DNA of 64,000 bases from Lingula anatina. Lineage: Eukaryota > Animalia > Brachiopoda. Shown here piece by piece: positions 13,060 to 26,181 of this stretch. The translations under genes and the position numbers were made by a program. The first letter of the stretch is position 1. Every line of letters starts with the position of its first letter. The notes under the pieces were generated by a model. The model saw only the letters and a list, made by a program, of their open reading frames with translations. It did not search any database and was not told the origin of the DNA. The stretch lies in assembly GCA_051362555.1 (NCBI GenBank), contig CM120641.1:40864401-40928400 (forward strand). The letters run 5' to 3'.

Positions 13060-16000
13060 TTAAAGTAAATTGATCCCATCTGCTGTAGTCCCTTCCCCTT
13101 CCATAACTTCCTCGAGTGTCACAACCTTCCTGTGGGAAGCTCTTGAAGGAGACCTTTGAGGAGAGTCGCCCCTCTGTGAGGTTTGGGATTTAGAATTGAA
13201 AGGAGATCCTGACCTGGTATCCACCTCGCCTTTTAGCAGTGACTTCTGAGGAGAAACGGACCTAGAAGGTGAAGCTCTCTCAGATTTCTCAGCTCGACTT
13301 GCGGACCTGTCTTGCCCAGAAGCCTTTGCAGATGCCATGGTGTGTCTTGACTGACTTCTTACACTAGTTCTGCTCTTGCTCCGTTGGTTTCCTGATGCTT
13401 TTAAATTAAATATATTATAAGGGTTTATTCAGTCATTGTACGTTACATATTATTAAATACATATAAAACATTATTTATTATCACTAACTGACACTACTAA
13501 TGTTGTAACATTTACAAACTTCAATTATAACAGAGGTACTTTCATGGTTAACAACCATATGAACAGACTATACAATCATGGTAATTAAACAGTCCTGAAG
13601 ATGGCCTGTATTTAAAACCACTGTATCAGAAAAACTAACCAACTCTTACAACATGCCTTCTATCTGGATAAAAATCTTAAAACTCACCTATTGAAAATTT
13701 TAATTAAGATTTTATTATGGCACAATGGAGTAAAAAGCAGAACTATAGTCTATAAATAAAACTACCGCATAGGAATTCTTGCCTAAACTTTAAAAAAAAG
13801 TGTAAGTACTTAAATAAATAAAGATCACAGGTGTGAAAACAACACACTAAAGGAAGATCTGAAAGACGGACAATAGAATCTTAACATCGCTAAAAAGATT
13901 TGCTTATATTATAAAATTCTTAAATTGTTTAAAAAAACTTATAGATAGAAACTTAGTGACAAATAAAACTTACGCTTTGGTCTTCTCTTAGCCACGTTCT
14001 CAAGAAAGTTGTGCAAAGCCAGCAGCTCACCCTCCAGCTGCTCAGTAATGCTGCTGATCTTTTGTTCTCTCTTTTCAGTACGATGAAGCAAATCTGTTAT
14101 CTCCCCAACAGTGGTTTGGTCCTTCTCAGCATAGACCTTTAAAAGAATCAAATGGCTTATTTCTGGGTTTGAAGGAACATGAAAATGTGCCATTATTTCT
14201 TTCTTCTTGGAGCTTTCTTTCTGAAAGTGTGACCATTTGTAACCAGAACAGAAAAGCTGAATTTGTTGGAGATGTCTTAAGTAAATTAAAGATATCCACG
14301 TAATAAAACTTTCAAACAGCAGGTGCATGAATTCAGCAGTGATGTTAAGCAATTTGGTGATGTGTTGAAAGAAAGGCAAACCTTTTCTAGAGCATGATCT
14401 GCCTCCCAGCCTTTTAACAGGATGCCTGTAACACAAGAAATTTTCACAGATTAGCAATTGCAAACCAGGAAGTAGATAAAAGTTATCTCATGGGAATTGT
14501 AATTGTTTTTTATGGATATTGTAAGTCTTTAAATAATATGTTTGTTACCTTTAAGAGCTATCAGTTCATCCAACAATGTCTGTTTCATCTGCTCATTTTT
14601 TCCTTTGTGTTCATTTAAGTCCACGATGTCAGTCTCGTACTTTTCAATAGCCTGAAATATTATGTATGTAAATCAATTAAAAAAATATAAATAAGAATAA
14701 ACTACATAGCTCATTGCAATGAAAAAGTGAATTGACAATGCCTTTCTGAATCCATAACCTGGCAAAAAATATATATTCTGTGAGCATTTTTGATATATCC
14801 TACAATTTTTCTCAACTAAAAAGTTTGTAACTTTTCAAATGTTTTTTATCTTTATGTACAAAGGTCACAGCAAACCTCTCTGAATTTGTGGTTTTCCTCC
14901 ATAACAGTCTTGAGCTTACAACCCTCAGTGTAAATATCACTCTCTACTACTTTCATTTCCTCTGCATGCTGCTTCAGCTGTACCAGAGATTCTTCTTTTT
15001 TCAGTTTGAGTTCCTGTTGATTTTTTACCTGAAATGAGACATAAATTATTTAGATTTTCTGGTTCCTCTTCTTTTTGCTGACAGAAAATGACCATCTGTT
15101 TCATTTAAATGTGGAGTCTATCTGCCCAGGGTCAGAGACAAAATATGTACAGAAATATTTCTCATTTTCTAAAAAAATAAAACTTTACCGTTGGCTCTTC
15201 AAGTTTTTCAATATTTTTCTGTGTCCTCTTGCAAGTTTCTTCCAAACCAGTCTTCTTGTTTTTCAAAACTGAAAGAAAATTCAGAAACAATTACATAAAA
15301 AGAAGTAATTTTGTACTTTGCTAGCTATCATATATTGCACTCTAACCTCAGGCAGCTCAATGACTCTTTGTACCACCCTCTCTATATAGGCTAATGGCTA
15401 TCTAATTTAACTATGCTCATCACCTCAATATGGACAATAAGTGCAAGACTTTTATACAGCAAAAGATAAATTTTCCGAGTGATTTCAACATTTTGCCTTA
15501 ATCATGAAGGCATACAATATCCAAAACTGTTCACAGAACTACAGTTCATAAATTTGTTTTGTAGTTCCTTGTTTTTGAGTCACTTTTGAGTCACAATGGA
15601 GACTGGTGGGTTTCAGTCATGAAATTAGAAATTTAGAACTTGAAAAATGGTCTATAGACTGAAATTTTTTGATCAGTTTTGTAAGATGCAATCTAAATGA
15701 TAAAAGAAAAACTACTTAAATTTCCAGGAAAATGGATTTTTGATATATAAAGGCCTAATGCACATTGTGTACCTTAAACAAAGTGTAGTACATGTAAATG
15801 TTAAAAAAGAGACCAAATAGAACACTTACCAACAATTTCTTTCTTTCTGGCTTCATATTCTTTTTGTTTGGCATCATGTTCCTCTTCAAGTGAACTTAAA
15901 ACAGGCATTTTTTCCTCCAAATATTTTTCCCTTTCAGTTTTCCTTTTGCCCAGATGTTCTACGCTAGCCTGAGAATTGAAATAAAGTAGATTATTTGTCA

Positions 16001-19000
16001 CAGCTACTATATGGTTGGGTTTTACTAAGATTTTAGTGATTTTGAATATTGAGCAACAGTCATACCTCTAAATCTGTAAGTTCCTTCTCAAGAGAAGCTT
16101 TCATTGAGACATAGTTCTGTTTTGCAACTCTCAGTTCCTCATGTCTTCTCTTGATGGTCTGGTCTCCTTCTCTGATGTCCTTCTGCAGTTGAATTCCCTA
16201 AAAATTGACACAAATCCAAGAATGGATAACTTGACCTGTAACATTTACCATTAAATTAACAGAAAATAAATATTTTATTTTTAAATGTTGAAATCTATAA
16301 AGTTGACTTCTATAACATTGCTTTGGACTGGTCTTTCAACTGAACACCTTTTCAATTTTCTTCTAGTATCTGCTTATAAAACATATTTCAGTTTTGACAA
16401 TAACTGTGTATGCCAAGTCTTTTCTACAACGATCTCTTGCTACATTATACGTGTCAAACATTTACCTCTTTATTCAATGACTCAATCTGATTCTTGGTGT
16501 CATTTATCTTTTTATTCATCAATGCCATAAAACGCTGGTTTTCCTGACGGAAATCATCAACATTTTTCTGCACATCATCCCTCTCAGCCTGAAGTTCCAT
16601 TCTAAAAATATGACATTGTTGTAAATAAAAATATTGCTTGACCACTTAAATCTTTATCACAACTGAGTGAATGCCATGGAGATGTTAGGAAACTTTAAAT
16701 TATCAATTTAGTGCTACAAGTCTTACAATTATAACGAAAATTTTCTCCATCAATACAATACCACAGAAATTAATTTTGCAAAACAATCACTTATTTGCAA
16801 AATGCAAAGAAATATTGTTATTATTTTGATAAATTGAATTAATAATTACATAAACATATAATGTGTTACTGAAAATCTAACAATGGCTTAGGTATGGTAA
16901 AGAACTTTCAATCTTTTGTTATCATTCTGGAGAACCCATTAGTTATACATTAGTAAACAAAGTTTAAATTGTGAACTTTTTCCCTTCACCAATGCGCTGT
17001 GTTTGTACAGGCTGTTAGAAACACAGGGACAGGCAAAAGTGCTTTACCATAAATACAATTATGCTAACTACTTTAACAGGGATACATGTTTTTTAAAATC
17101 AGAAATGTTCAAGCTTTAACATTGATTTTGAACATTCAAGCAATAACTTCTGCACATTCCCATCTTTTGCCACACATAGAGGCAATGCATATAGACAAGC
17201 ATGCTGTTTTGTTGCCATTAAGCTCATGGCCCTGCCAACTTTATAAACACTTATATGCAAATAACATATCATGCTTGTAAGTTTTAACTTAAAAGCATTG
17301 ACTTTAGTATAATGTAGGCCATTGGTTTAAATCAGCCTTGAATAAAATATGAATTATTACCACATATAGACTCAACTCACTCTGTTCTGAAAATACAACA
17401 ATGTTAACATGGTGAAATAGAAATAGTTCACACTAGAAGTAAGGCATGTTTATGAAGCTGCAGTGCAATGTGCATATATTTTGGACAAATTCTGGTACGT
17501 GGGTCAACATAAAAAAGCAAAAATTAAGATGATGGCCAATGAATTTATTCACACAACTCAGAGTCATAAAGTGATACTGTAAGTTTTCAAAAATGTCACT
17601 TGTGTTAATGTGTTAACTAAAAAAATTACCTTTCTGCCCTCTCCTTTGAGAGTTGGTCTCTGTATTCTTCAATCTGTTTATTCAATGTTGCAACAACTAG
17701 CCTGAAATGAAGAATTTTTTTAAAAATCAAAGTCTGACTAGGTACTAATATTCTACAGCAAGGATTCAGTGTATCAGTCAATATTCCTGATTGTCAATAT
17801 AATCTTTATAGTTTCACCAGAAATAACAACCTTCAAATATAAATAAATTATTTCTTACAGTATAATTTTAGGAATTATATCAGTGTAATTTGCATTTCAT
17901 GATATCTAGTAGACCTAGTAGACATACTCATGGGTTTCCTTGAGTTTTACAATAGCTTCTTCCATATACACATTTTCGTTTGTAAGACGGCCTGTTTCCT
18001 CTGCCTTCTTGGCCAGTGTTATCTTAGCAGCCTGCAAACTGTAATCAAAACATGTCTATGTATTATAATGTTTTAGTGATAACAATCACAATAATAATTT
18101 GGAACAAAATATTTATGAAACAGTTACGTTTTGCTCTTGTCACAAAAGCATCATCAGGCTGAATGCCTACAGGTCACTGGGTGTTGGTTGACCTGCGAAT
18201 GATTCTCACTCGAGTAGTACGTACATTGGCAGAATGCCCCTGGTTATAGATGGGGGGCAGCTGGTATCCTGCCAATTACTCAGTATTTTTTCAAATTTGT
18301 CTGTGTTATCTTGATCTCATACCAAATGGTTTCAAAGAACTTACATGCCATTGATTTCTTCAACATTTTGAGCATCTTTTCTTCTTTGTTCCATTGCATC
18401 TTCAACATCTTTAAGCAAGAGAAAATACATAAATGAGTGTGATTTTTCAGGTTCACATTTTCTATGAAATGTGCATATCATCAAACAGAAAAAGCTGAAT
18501 ACGAAAGTAAAAAATGCACGTTAGTATTGACATATCAATTTATAAAGAAATTGGTAATAGTCTGCATTGTACTACTTGATGAAGTCCATAGTGAACAGGA
18601 TCATGCTTAATGATGCCCAATACTTACCCATTTCCAATATCATTTTCTGTCCATCTAGTCTTTCAAACTTCTTGCTCTGTTTCTGAATTTCAACTTCAAG
18701 CTGTAAACAAGAGTATCATTCACTTATTTCTCTTGAAATTTATCTACAAATCTTCATTTGGGTATGTAAAAAATCATAAAAATATACTATTTACATCAGA
18801 AATAGTTTTCAGATTAAAACTGAAATGTACATTGGCAATCATAATAACTTGGCACAATGTATTTAACACTTTGGGACCTGATTAATTCATTTCTTTAATT
18901 CAATTTTTTTGTCTAAATTCACACTGTATTTCACTACCATGCATAATAAGTATGCTGGAGTATCTGGAGACATAAAACTGTATTTTTGACAGCTCAGGAA

Positions 19001-22000
19001 CACCAACCTCTTCCAATTTTCCTTCAAGTGCAGCTTTGCTTTCTTCAAACTCTTTTTGCTGTCTGTTACTCTCTTCTTCAATTTCAATTCTGCAAGATTT
19101 CAAATTCATAGTTAATATAAAACATACAATTTTTAGTAATATCATGTACAATTATTATTGTCAAGTCATGTTTTCAGCGTTTATGCTTATGTGAGTGGTA
19201 CAGGAATTAGTTTCCCAGATACATTCATAAACAAAATGCACCTTTTTAGTAAAAAAATTCAAACCTTTTCTGCTTTAGCTCTTGATTTTGCTTTATTTCT
19301 CTGTTCAGTTGTGCCATTAAAGCCCTCTCTTGTCCTTCTAGTTTAGCACGAGAAGTATCATATCTTCTTATACTCTGAAATAAATACAAAACACTTATTT
19401 TTCATGTGTTCCACTTATATATATCTGAGGTATTTCTTAGTCATTATTTTTTTTTTGGGGGGGGGGGGGGTATGAGAGAGAAATACTAGCAAACTTACCT
19501 TTCTAATCATGTCTAACTGACCCTCACTTTCAGCTAATTTTTCTAACAAAGCATCCAGTTCCCTAAAAAAAATATCAATCAAATGATATCAGCATGTGTA
19601 CTTGGTGGATTAAATGGAATGAGTGTTTGCTTGAGTACAAAATTTTGTTAAAATATACAATATGACAATTATCTGACTTTTCTGTCAAAAATGCAAAAAA
19701 ATATAACATAAAACAAAAAAAAAAAGAAAACATTCATGTAATTTGGACACATTTTTATTTATTTTCTGAAATCACAACTATCCTCCACTGAAAAAAAGAA
19801 CTTACTTTTTCTTCACTATGTTAGCATCTCTTTGTTCTCTGACCTTCATGGTTGTGTCATACTGAAGAAAAATAATATCATATTAAGTGTTTGTAAGCAG
19901 ACTCTAAGAATTATGATAAAAAGCATACATTCATTAAACCATTCAACATTACACAATGATATTGAAATTGAGAATGCATCTAAACATTATTCTACAAACT
20001 AATCCGTGAAACATGAAAAGAAACAAACAGTACCTATCAATCATTACATGACATGTCCAGAATAACTCACCACAGCTTTTTTCAAACGTTTCTTTTCCAT
20101 CCTGGCATCTGCCCTTTCCTGGATCATATCTTCTTTAAGAATAAGAATATTTTCTTCAAGATTAACAATCTGAAACAGAAACCAAAAAACAACACAATGA
20201 AATGCCTATTTATATAATTGTGTTATTATACAGAATGGTTGGATATCAGTTCTTTTTCCTTTTGTATCATCATAAGCACTTTAACATTTCAATTCTAGAA
20301 TTGAACTTGAAAAATTACAGCCAACAAATATGATGCCCATGGGAAATAAAGTTTATGAACAAATCTGTGCTTTTTGCTTTACTTTGACAAGATATTTTTT
20401 GGCATATTTAAAGAAAAAAGTTTGTATGACTCATGATGCATTGTGTCTGCATACGCAGAGAATAAGTCCTAAGATGAACCACAAGATGGGAAAGTGGTAG
20501 ATGTGTTTTTTGATATCTGGATAAATGCTTTTGGATGGGACTACTCTCAATTTCTCTTCATTTATTAAGAACACTAATCTGAACATATTTTGCTCTCCTT
20601 TTCTGGTCAGACTTACATTCTGATTTGTTGCTCGAAGTTGGTCTCTGGTTTCATTTAAAGATATCTGGTTTCTGGTAAAAGAAAAAAGTCAATGACTAAA
20701 TTTTAAATTTAAACATTTTCTTGTATTGAGCAAAAAATTTCAATAGCTGTGTCATGCATTCAGCAATAATGATATCTTCTAACAACAGATAAACTCAGAG
20801 TTATAACCACCCCAATATTCAGGAACAATGCATCCTGTCACTTACGTTGCTTTTTCTGCTAGTCTGACATTCAATGTTGCAATAATTTCCTCATGTTTTT
20901 TGCGCATACCATCTCTCTCGGGTCTGAAAAATTTATTAAAAAGTTCAAATCAAAAGACTTTTCTAAAGATGGTATATTTAATTGTCTCTGAAACATAAGC
21001 CAATATTGAAATTTGGCAAGGTTCAAACTCAACTGTCCAGTTTTAATTCAATGGGAATACCCCCTTAAAACAATGCTAAGATTCAACACTATTTTTATAT
21101 TCTTTTTTAAAAGACACTGTCAGTTTCAATTTATTTTTAGATAAAACAGAGGTTAACAACTCTGAGTCTCACAAAAGCTTTGCATTCTCCTCTTCTAACT
21201 CTTGCAGTTTTAACTCCAGAAACTCAATATTCTTGGTGACCTTCTCCAGCTGGCTCTGTAGCCGTTGTACTTCATCTGCATTAGACTGGCGAGCAGATTT
21301 TACAGCAGCTAAAAAGACATGACAGTCTTTTAATAAAGCACAGACCTGTTCCCGGCAATTTCAAAAGGGATCTTTTTCTAAAAATATGTACTTCTTAAAC
21401 CCCTTAGTTGACCTAACTTGAAAGATGGCATAGAACCTTGATTAAATTTTGATTCAGAGATGATCTCATCTGACCAAAAGTGATGTTCTTTCTAACCCAT
21501 CAACTGGACTGTCTACAGGTCTATGGCATCTGCAAGTAGTGCACCACTGAACACAAAGTTTCATGTAGTAGCACTCCTATGAGTTTGGCACATTCAATCC
21601 ATGTCAGAAAATGTAGTAGGAGAGCTAGGGTGTGAAACTTTGTGCTAACTTATTGTAACACATACAGTGCATATCAGAAAAAGTAAACAAGAGAGTTAAT
21701 ACATGAAACTAAAAGCTATGAAACAATAAGATTTATCAAATTTTCTATACAAAAGAGGGTTCATTTTACATAAGGTATGATTTCCATCTTTACTGCACAA
21801 TAAAGATAAACGTATTCTTTTACAACACATATGTACCTTACCTTCAATTTCTCCCTTTATTTTCCCTGGGTAAACCTGTAGTTTATGGCGTAAAACACTG
21901 GCCTGGATTGTTTCTATTTCAAGCAATTCATGCAATTTGTCTCTCTCAGCTTCCTGTTGGATATAATAACAAGAAAGTCTTAATTAAGTTCAGATATTTA

Positions 22001-22707
22001 CATTTTACAAATTAAAAGGCAAACTTTTTAATGGCTGACAACATTTTAAACCTGTACCCATAGGATTATTTAACTAACAAAACCATGATTAATAATTTTA
22101 TTCTTAGTTCTAAAATTTATCTATTTTCCTTTTCCTAGAAAAGCTGAATCTATATGTGAATGCCTTCTCTGCACTTCCTACCTGATAACTTCAGGTATCT
22201 GATAAATAAGGTAAGATTCATAAGTCTGATATGTACAAAAATTATCACACTAGACTTACCAATTCACCAAGAGCTTCAATTATGCTGTCAATATTTTCTA
22301 CGTCATTTTCTTTGAAACCATAGTCTTCGTTCTGCATCCTTTCTCCTTTTCAATTGATATAAAAAAGTACAGATAAGTCAAACGGCATAGCTAAGCAAAA
22401 AATTAAAATACTCTTGGTTACGTTTCGTTTCTAATATCTTGCTAAAATATGAGATAAAATGATCGCACAATAAATCCAATAAGATATTCGGAATTAAGCA
22501 AATTTGTTTGGATGGGACATGATTACTTAATTTCAACTTATTAAACCCCTAAACAACGATTAATGCTCTTTTACATTTCTGTTTCCAGAAGTTGAAAAAC
22601 GAAGTGATCATGTCAGTATAAGCGAGCGGGAAAACATCATAAATACCTAATTCTTGTAGATGATCGATGGCAAGTCGAATGCCTGGCACTTCCGCTTTCA
22701 AAGACAT
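13060..22707 (-). CDS. CCDC175: CCDC175-like long coiled-coil protein, >20 exons (first 22707-22647, 22345-22260, 21953-21842, 21308-21173, 20923-20846 ...; last exon ends 13060 with an S/R/P-rich tail)
   Basis: Chain of GT-AG exons encoding heptad-rich E/K/Q sequence. The N-terminal LEAERDKLHELLEIETIQASVLRHKLQVYPGKIKGEIEAAVKSARQSN resembles my recollection of vertebrate CCDC175 (LLEIES...LP..IK.ELE..V..AR..N). The symbol is tentative. Confidence 0.7.
18118..18284 (-). mobile_element. Retrozyme/Penelope-like non-autonomous insert in CCDC175 intron 18039-18344
   Basis: GC-richer island with two strong hairpins (18225-18276, 18169-18196) immediately 5' of the hammerhead motif on the minus strand. 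Confidence 0.45.
18121..18161 (-). ncRNA. Degenerate minimal type I hammerhead ribozyme motif (Penelope/retrozyme type)
   Basis: Minus strand reads CAGC-CUGAUGA-U-GCUUUUG-UGA-CAAGAGC-AAAA-C-GUA-ACUG: intact CUGAUGA core, 7-bp stem II, ACGU palindromic mini stem III, GUA cleavage triplet and partial stem I. The GAAA box reads AAAA. Confidence 0.6.
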
Positions 22708-23414
22708 CCTTTCATTTTAACTTTCAACTGTATCACATAAATAGAAAAATGTATTTATTCCTGACACAACAAGAGATCGTCCAGTCCCTAACGCCGAGTA
22801 AACATTCAGTATGGGTTTCGGAACTCCTTTGTGGGAGAGCGGCTACTTGCAAGACGAGCCAATGTCAAAGTCACCTGAATATGCTTTTTAATTCGGGCAC
22901 GACAAAACACATGATCATTAAAAAAAATTAAAAATCAAATTAATCCCACTAAATACATTATATAAGTTTCATTTTATTTGTAAGTATAACGACAAGACTG
23001 TTTCAGTAAAGGATTACAAATACATATTTCACTTGCATTTGTTACACTACATGACCATATCATTATGAAGTAGCACAATCATGAAATAATATCTCCATTA
23101 CTACAGGATTACGGATGCTGCACAATATACATTTGGTAAAATTTATACTGTTACAGTAACAGTTACATAAGACATTAAAAACAAGCGCGTTCAAGTTTAA
23201 ATCAAATACTTTCTTCATATTATAATAAAATAAAAACAGAAATAAGTACAGTATCTCGTCAAGTAAATTAATTAAGTAAAAGTGAAAGCTTGGCTAAGAT
23301 TAACCAAATATGAGATAATTATAATGCTTGTATGCAAAACTTGTACTTTCTTGCGTTATAATGCCACTGTTGTCACATGGCTTAACAAAAGGTATCTGCA
23401 AAATACACACACAC

Positions 23415-23770
23415 CCAGTTTACTGGTCAGACAAGGTTTTTGTGTTCAATGTCAATGTTACCTTGACCTTTGGCCTCAATATCAACAGGGTTCATCTACA
23501 TGTAATGACAAACATTTTCATCAAATAAGAGGACCGTAGGACAAACCATTCTCTATTAATTGGCCAAACAAAATTTTTCTGTTGTAGGTCAATATGACCT
23601 TGACTTTCAACCTACTGACTTTAAAATCAAAAGGGGTCATCTATATGTGACGCCAAACCTACCAAATATGACAACCGTAGACCACATTGTTTTTTATTTA
23701 TTGGCCAGACAAGGTTTGGCCATGGGCCAATGTATGGACTGATGTTAAAAACAATGCACCCAGCTTCTTA
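23415..23770. repeat. Decayed Helentron/HINE-type repeat with two diverged ~150-bp units
   Basis: Repeated TGACCTTGAC(C/T)TT...GGG(T)TCATCTA...ACCGTAG...TTGGCCA(G/A)ACAA blocks; same motif class as the 28672-31180 element. Confidence 0.5.
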
Positions 23771-24044
23771 TGTAAAAGCATCCACGGATTCCCTCATGTT
23801 CAAATAATGTATAAAAAGTAAGATGAATATAAGTACAATCATCTTGATTCATCCACAATGTCTGTTTTTTCATTTGGATTTAGCTCTTGGCACTATACAG
23901 AGCACTAGACATGCCTGTAAAAAGATACAGTAACACTCTCCACTAATGGTCGGGTAATCATGGAGATTACAGAGTTCACTTGCTCCTTTTTTTTTTTTGC
24001 ATTTGACATATCATTTTTAAATCTGTATATTACATAAATCAATG

Positions 24045-25397
24045 CTAGGAGTCTTTCATTTTTCTTTTTTTCCAAATAACAGCCTGTGATTCTCTGTATA
24101 TGTGTTGAAGGAATCTCAATGGTGGCCAAGAGTGCTAAAATACAAAGATTAAACAAAACATGAATTTATAAAATAGAATGACACTTACCAATAGGATTTG
24201 GTCAAGATGTCAATTACATGAAAAGGGGACTATTCCAATTAAAAATAAATATTCACTTCTGTAACATTAAAGAGTTGAAACTTAACCAACAGGTGTTTTT
24301 TTTTAATTATTTCATCAAAGAATACTTAAATACATTTGTACAATTATGAATAGCTATAAGGAGTAAAATTTTGTCTTCCTATCGATTATATATGAAATAT
24401 TGTGAAATGTCTCTGAATGATCATACCTTAAACAATGGAACTAAAATTTGTGGATCTGTCTGAGCATCACTTCCACGTAGTAGCAGTACTAGATAAAATA
24501 TAATACTGTGCTGAAAAGACAAACAAAATGATGTTTCTAAATACTTATCAGCATATTTCTTGAAGAACTTTGTTTACATATATTAAGTGCAATTTTACAG
24601 AAAATTTATCAACCTTGACATACTCCACAGCATACATCACAGATTTGAAAACATCTAGTCAAGTCTATAACAATGACTGTTTGCTACTTGAATTTAATTT
24701 ACATAAAAAATCCACTGGTCTTAAAATACTAAATGTTAAAGTAAATTGTTTGTTACCATTGTGATTCCTTCATGTATAACAATATCATGTATGCTGGTTA
24801 AGTCATAAAATTGACAACACTTTTTGCCAAGTGCGTATGTCGTGGTGGTCTGGGCACCAATAGAAGCCATGACTAGCAAACTTTCTGAAAACAAATCAAA
24901 TGTGTCTTTCAGTTTATTCTATGAAGTTCAACAAGATAAAAACAACAGGAAATAAGATTTATGTTATATAAAAGCACCCTTTTTACTATCTAACAGTTAT
25001 TATAGTGAAAGAACATCTTTTTTATTTATGAACCACTATAAATACCTTTTACAACCTTGGAACGTAGTTTAAAAAACAAAATCACAAGGACTAATCCTAG
25101 TGCAACCAACAGAATCACAATATCCTGAAACAAAACAATAACCAGTGTAAATTAGCTTTTACAACTAATTTTTAAAAAAAATGCAGTTTCACTTTTACAT
25201 GAAATATTTTGAAAGCCTAGGTCATCGCTGGGGTGAAAATTTGTTGTAATCATTGGTCAAAGGACTTGAAGGTTTATCTTTAAAAAATATAAAACAGAAG
25301 TTCATTAATTTCCAAATTAATTTATTTAAATAGCAGAGACACTGATCAAAGTCACCGCACAAATTAATTTTGATTAGCATGAAAGTTAAAGAGTTAC

Positions 25398-25429
<32 letters not shown>

Positions 25430-25456
25430 GGATACTGCAAAAGTACCGAGGTTTTG

Positions 25457-25487
<31 letters not shown>

Positions 25488-25704
25488 AATGAACGTATTT
25501 ATCTATCTGGCAAAAAACATGAAATACCTGCTTATGAAGCCCTATCCCAAACGCAAGCACGTTCAGAATTATGGAAGTTTGTAACCATTTTCTAAAATGA
25601 AATTTTTGAGTAATCACAAATTCTTTACAAGAATACGGACAGTGGTTAATAATCTTAAATTGCAGATTATTACACAAGTCCAAAGTATCACATTTGTCTT
25701 TCAT
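24045..25704 (-). CDS. PIGH: Phosphatidylinositol N-acetylglucosaminyltransferase subunit H; exons 25704-25528, 25124-25046, 24884-24757, 24510-24427, 24134-24045
   Basis: Spliced product MKDKCDTLDLC...SCKEFVI...(two TM)...KVVKESLLVMASIGAQTTTTYALGK...IHDIVIHEGITMHSIIFYLVLLL...LVPLFKHSWPPLRFLQHIYRESQAVI matches PIG-H motifs (E.LL...SLG.Q, D.VI.E.I.M...IYYL, VP.F...P.L..L..VYR); phases are consistent. Confidence 0.9.
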
Positions 25705-26181
25705 CTTTTCTGTGCAATTTAAAAAAAAAAACACGATGTTAACTTCCCCGCTACTCAGGGGCATTATCTTTTGGACGCAGCCATCTTGGATACCCTGCAC
25801 AAATATCAGTGCACAAATGTAAAAATGAAAAATAAAATGTTTGTTGTGTAAAAAATGCAAAATAATACATCAAATCTAAATGATTATCAAGCAAGAAAAC
25901 TGACGAAAAATTGTTGCTTTTTTTAAAAAATTGGTTTTTTAATAAATATCACTGCAGAACTATTGCACGATGTCCGTAAGGACATTTAAATCATTGTATC
26001 TTTTCAAGAAAAGATTTCAATTCTTAATTCACACCACGTTGAGGGAATATTTAAAGATTTGAGTTCAAAAAAATTGTTAGTATAGTATGATAACATAATA
26101 TGGGCAACTTTTCCTCAATTTTAATTAAAACAAAGTTTATTCGTGTGTGCCCCTTACGAGTTGTGTTACTAATCAAGCAAG

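Noticed and set aside
13588-13625. Second hammerhead-like start (CTGAAGATGGCC...)
   Set aside because: No complementary stem II arm and no GAAA box follow.
26164-26177. RFX X-box upstream of ciliary gene CFAP36 (GTTACTAATCAAG)
   Set aside because: Only the left half-site fits; too degenerate to call from sequence alone.
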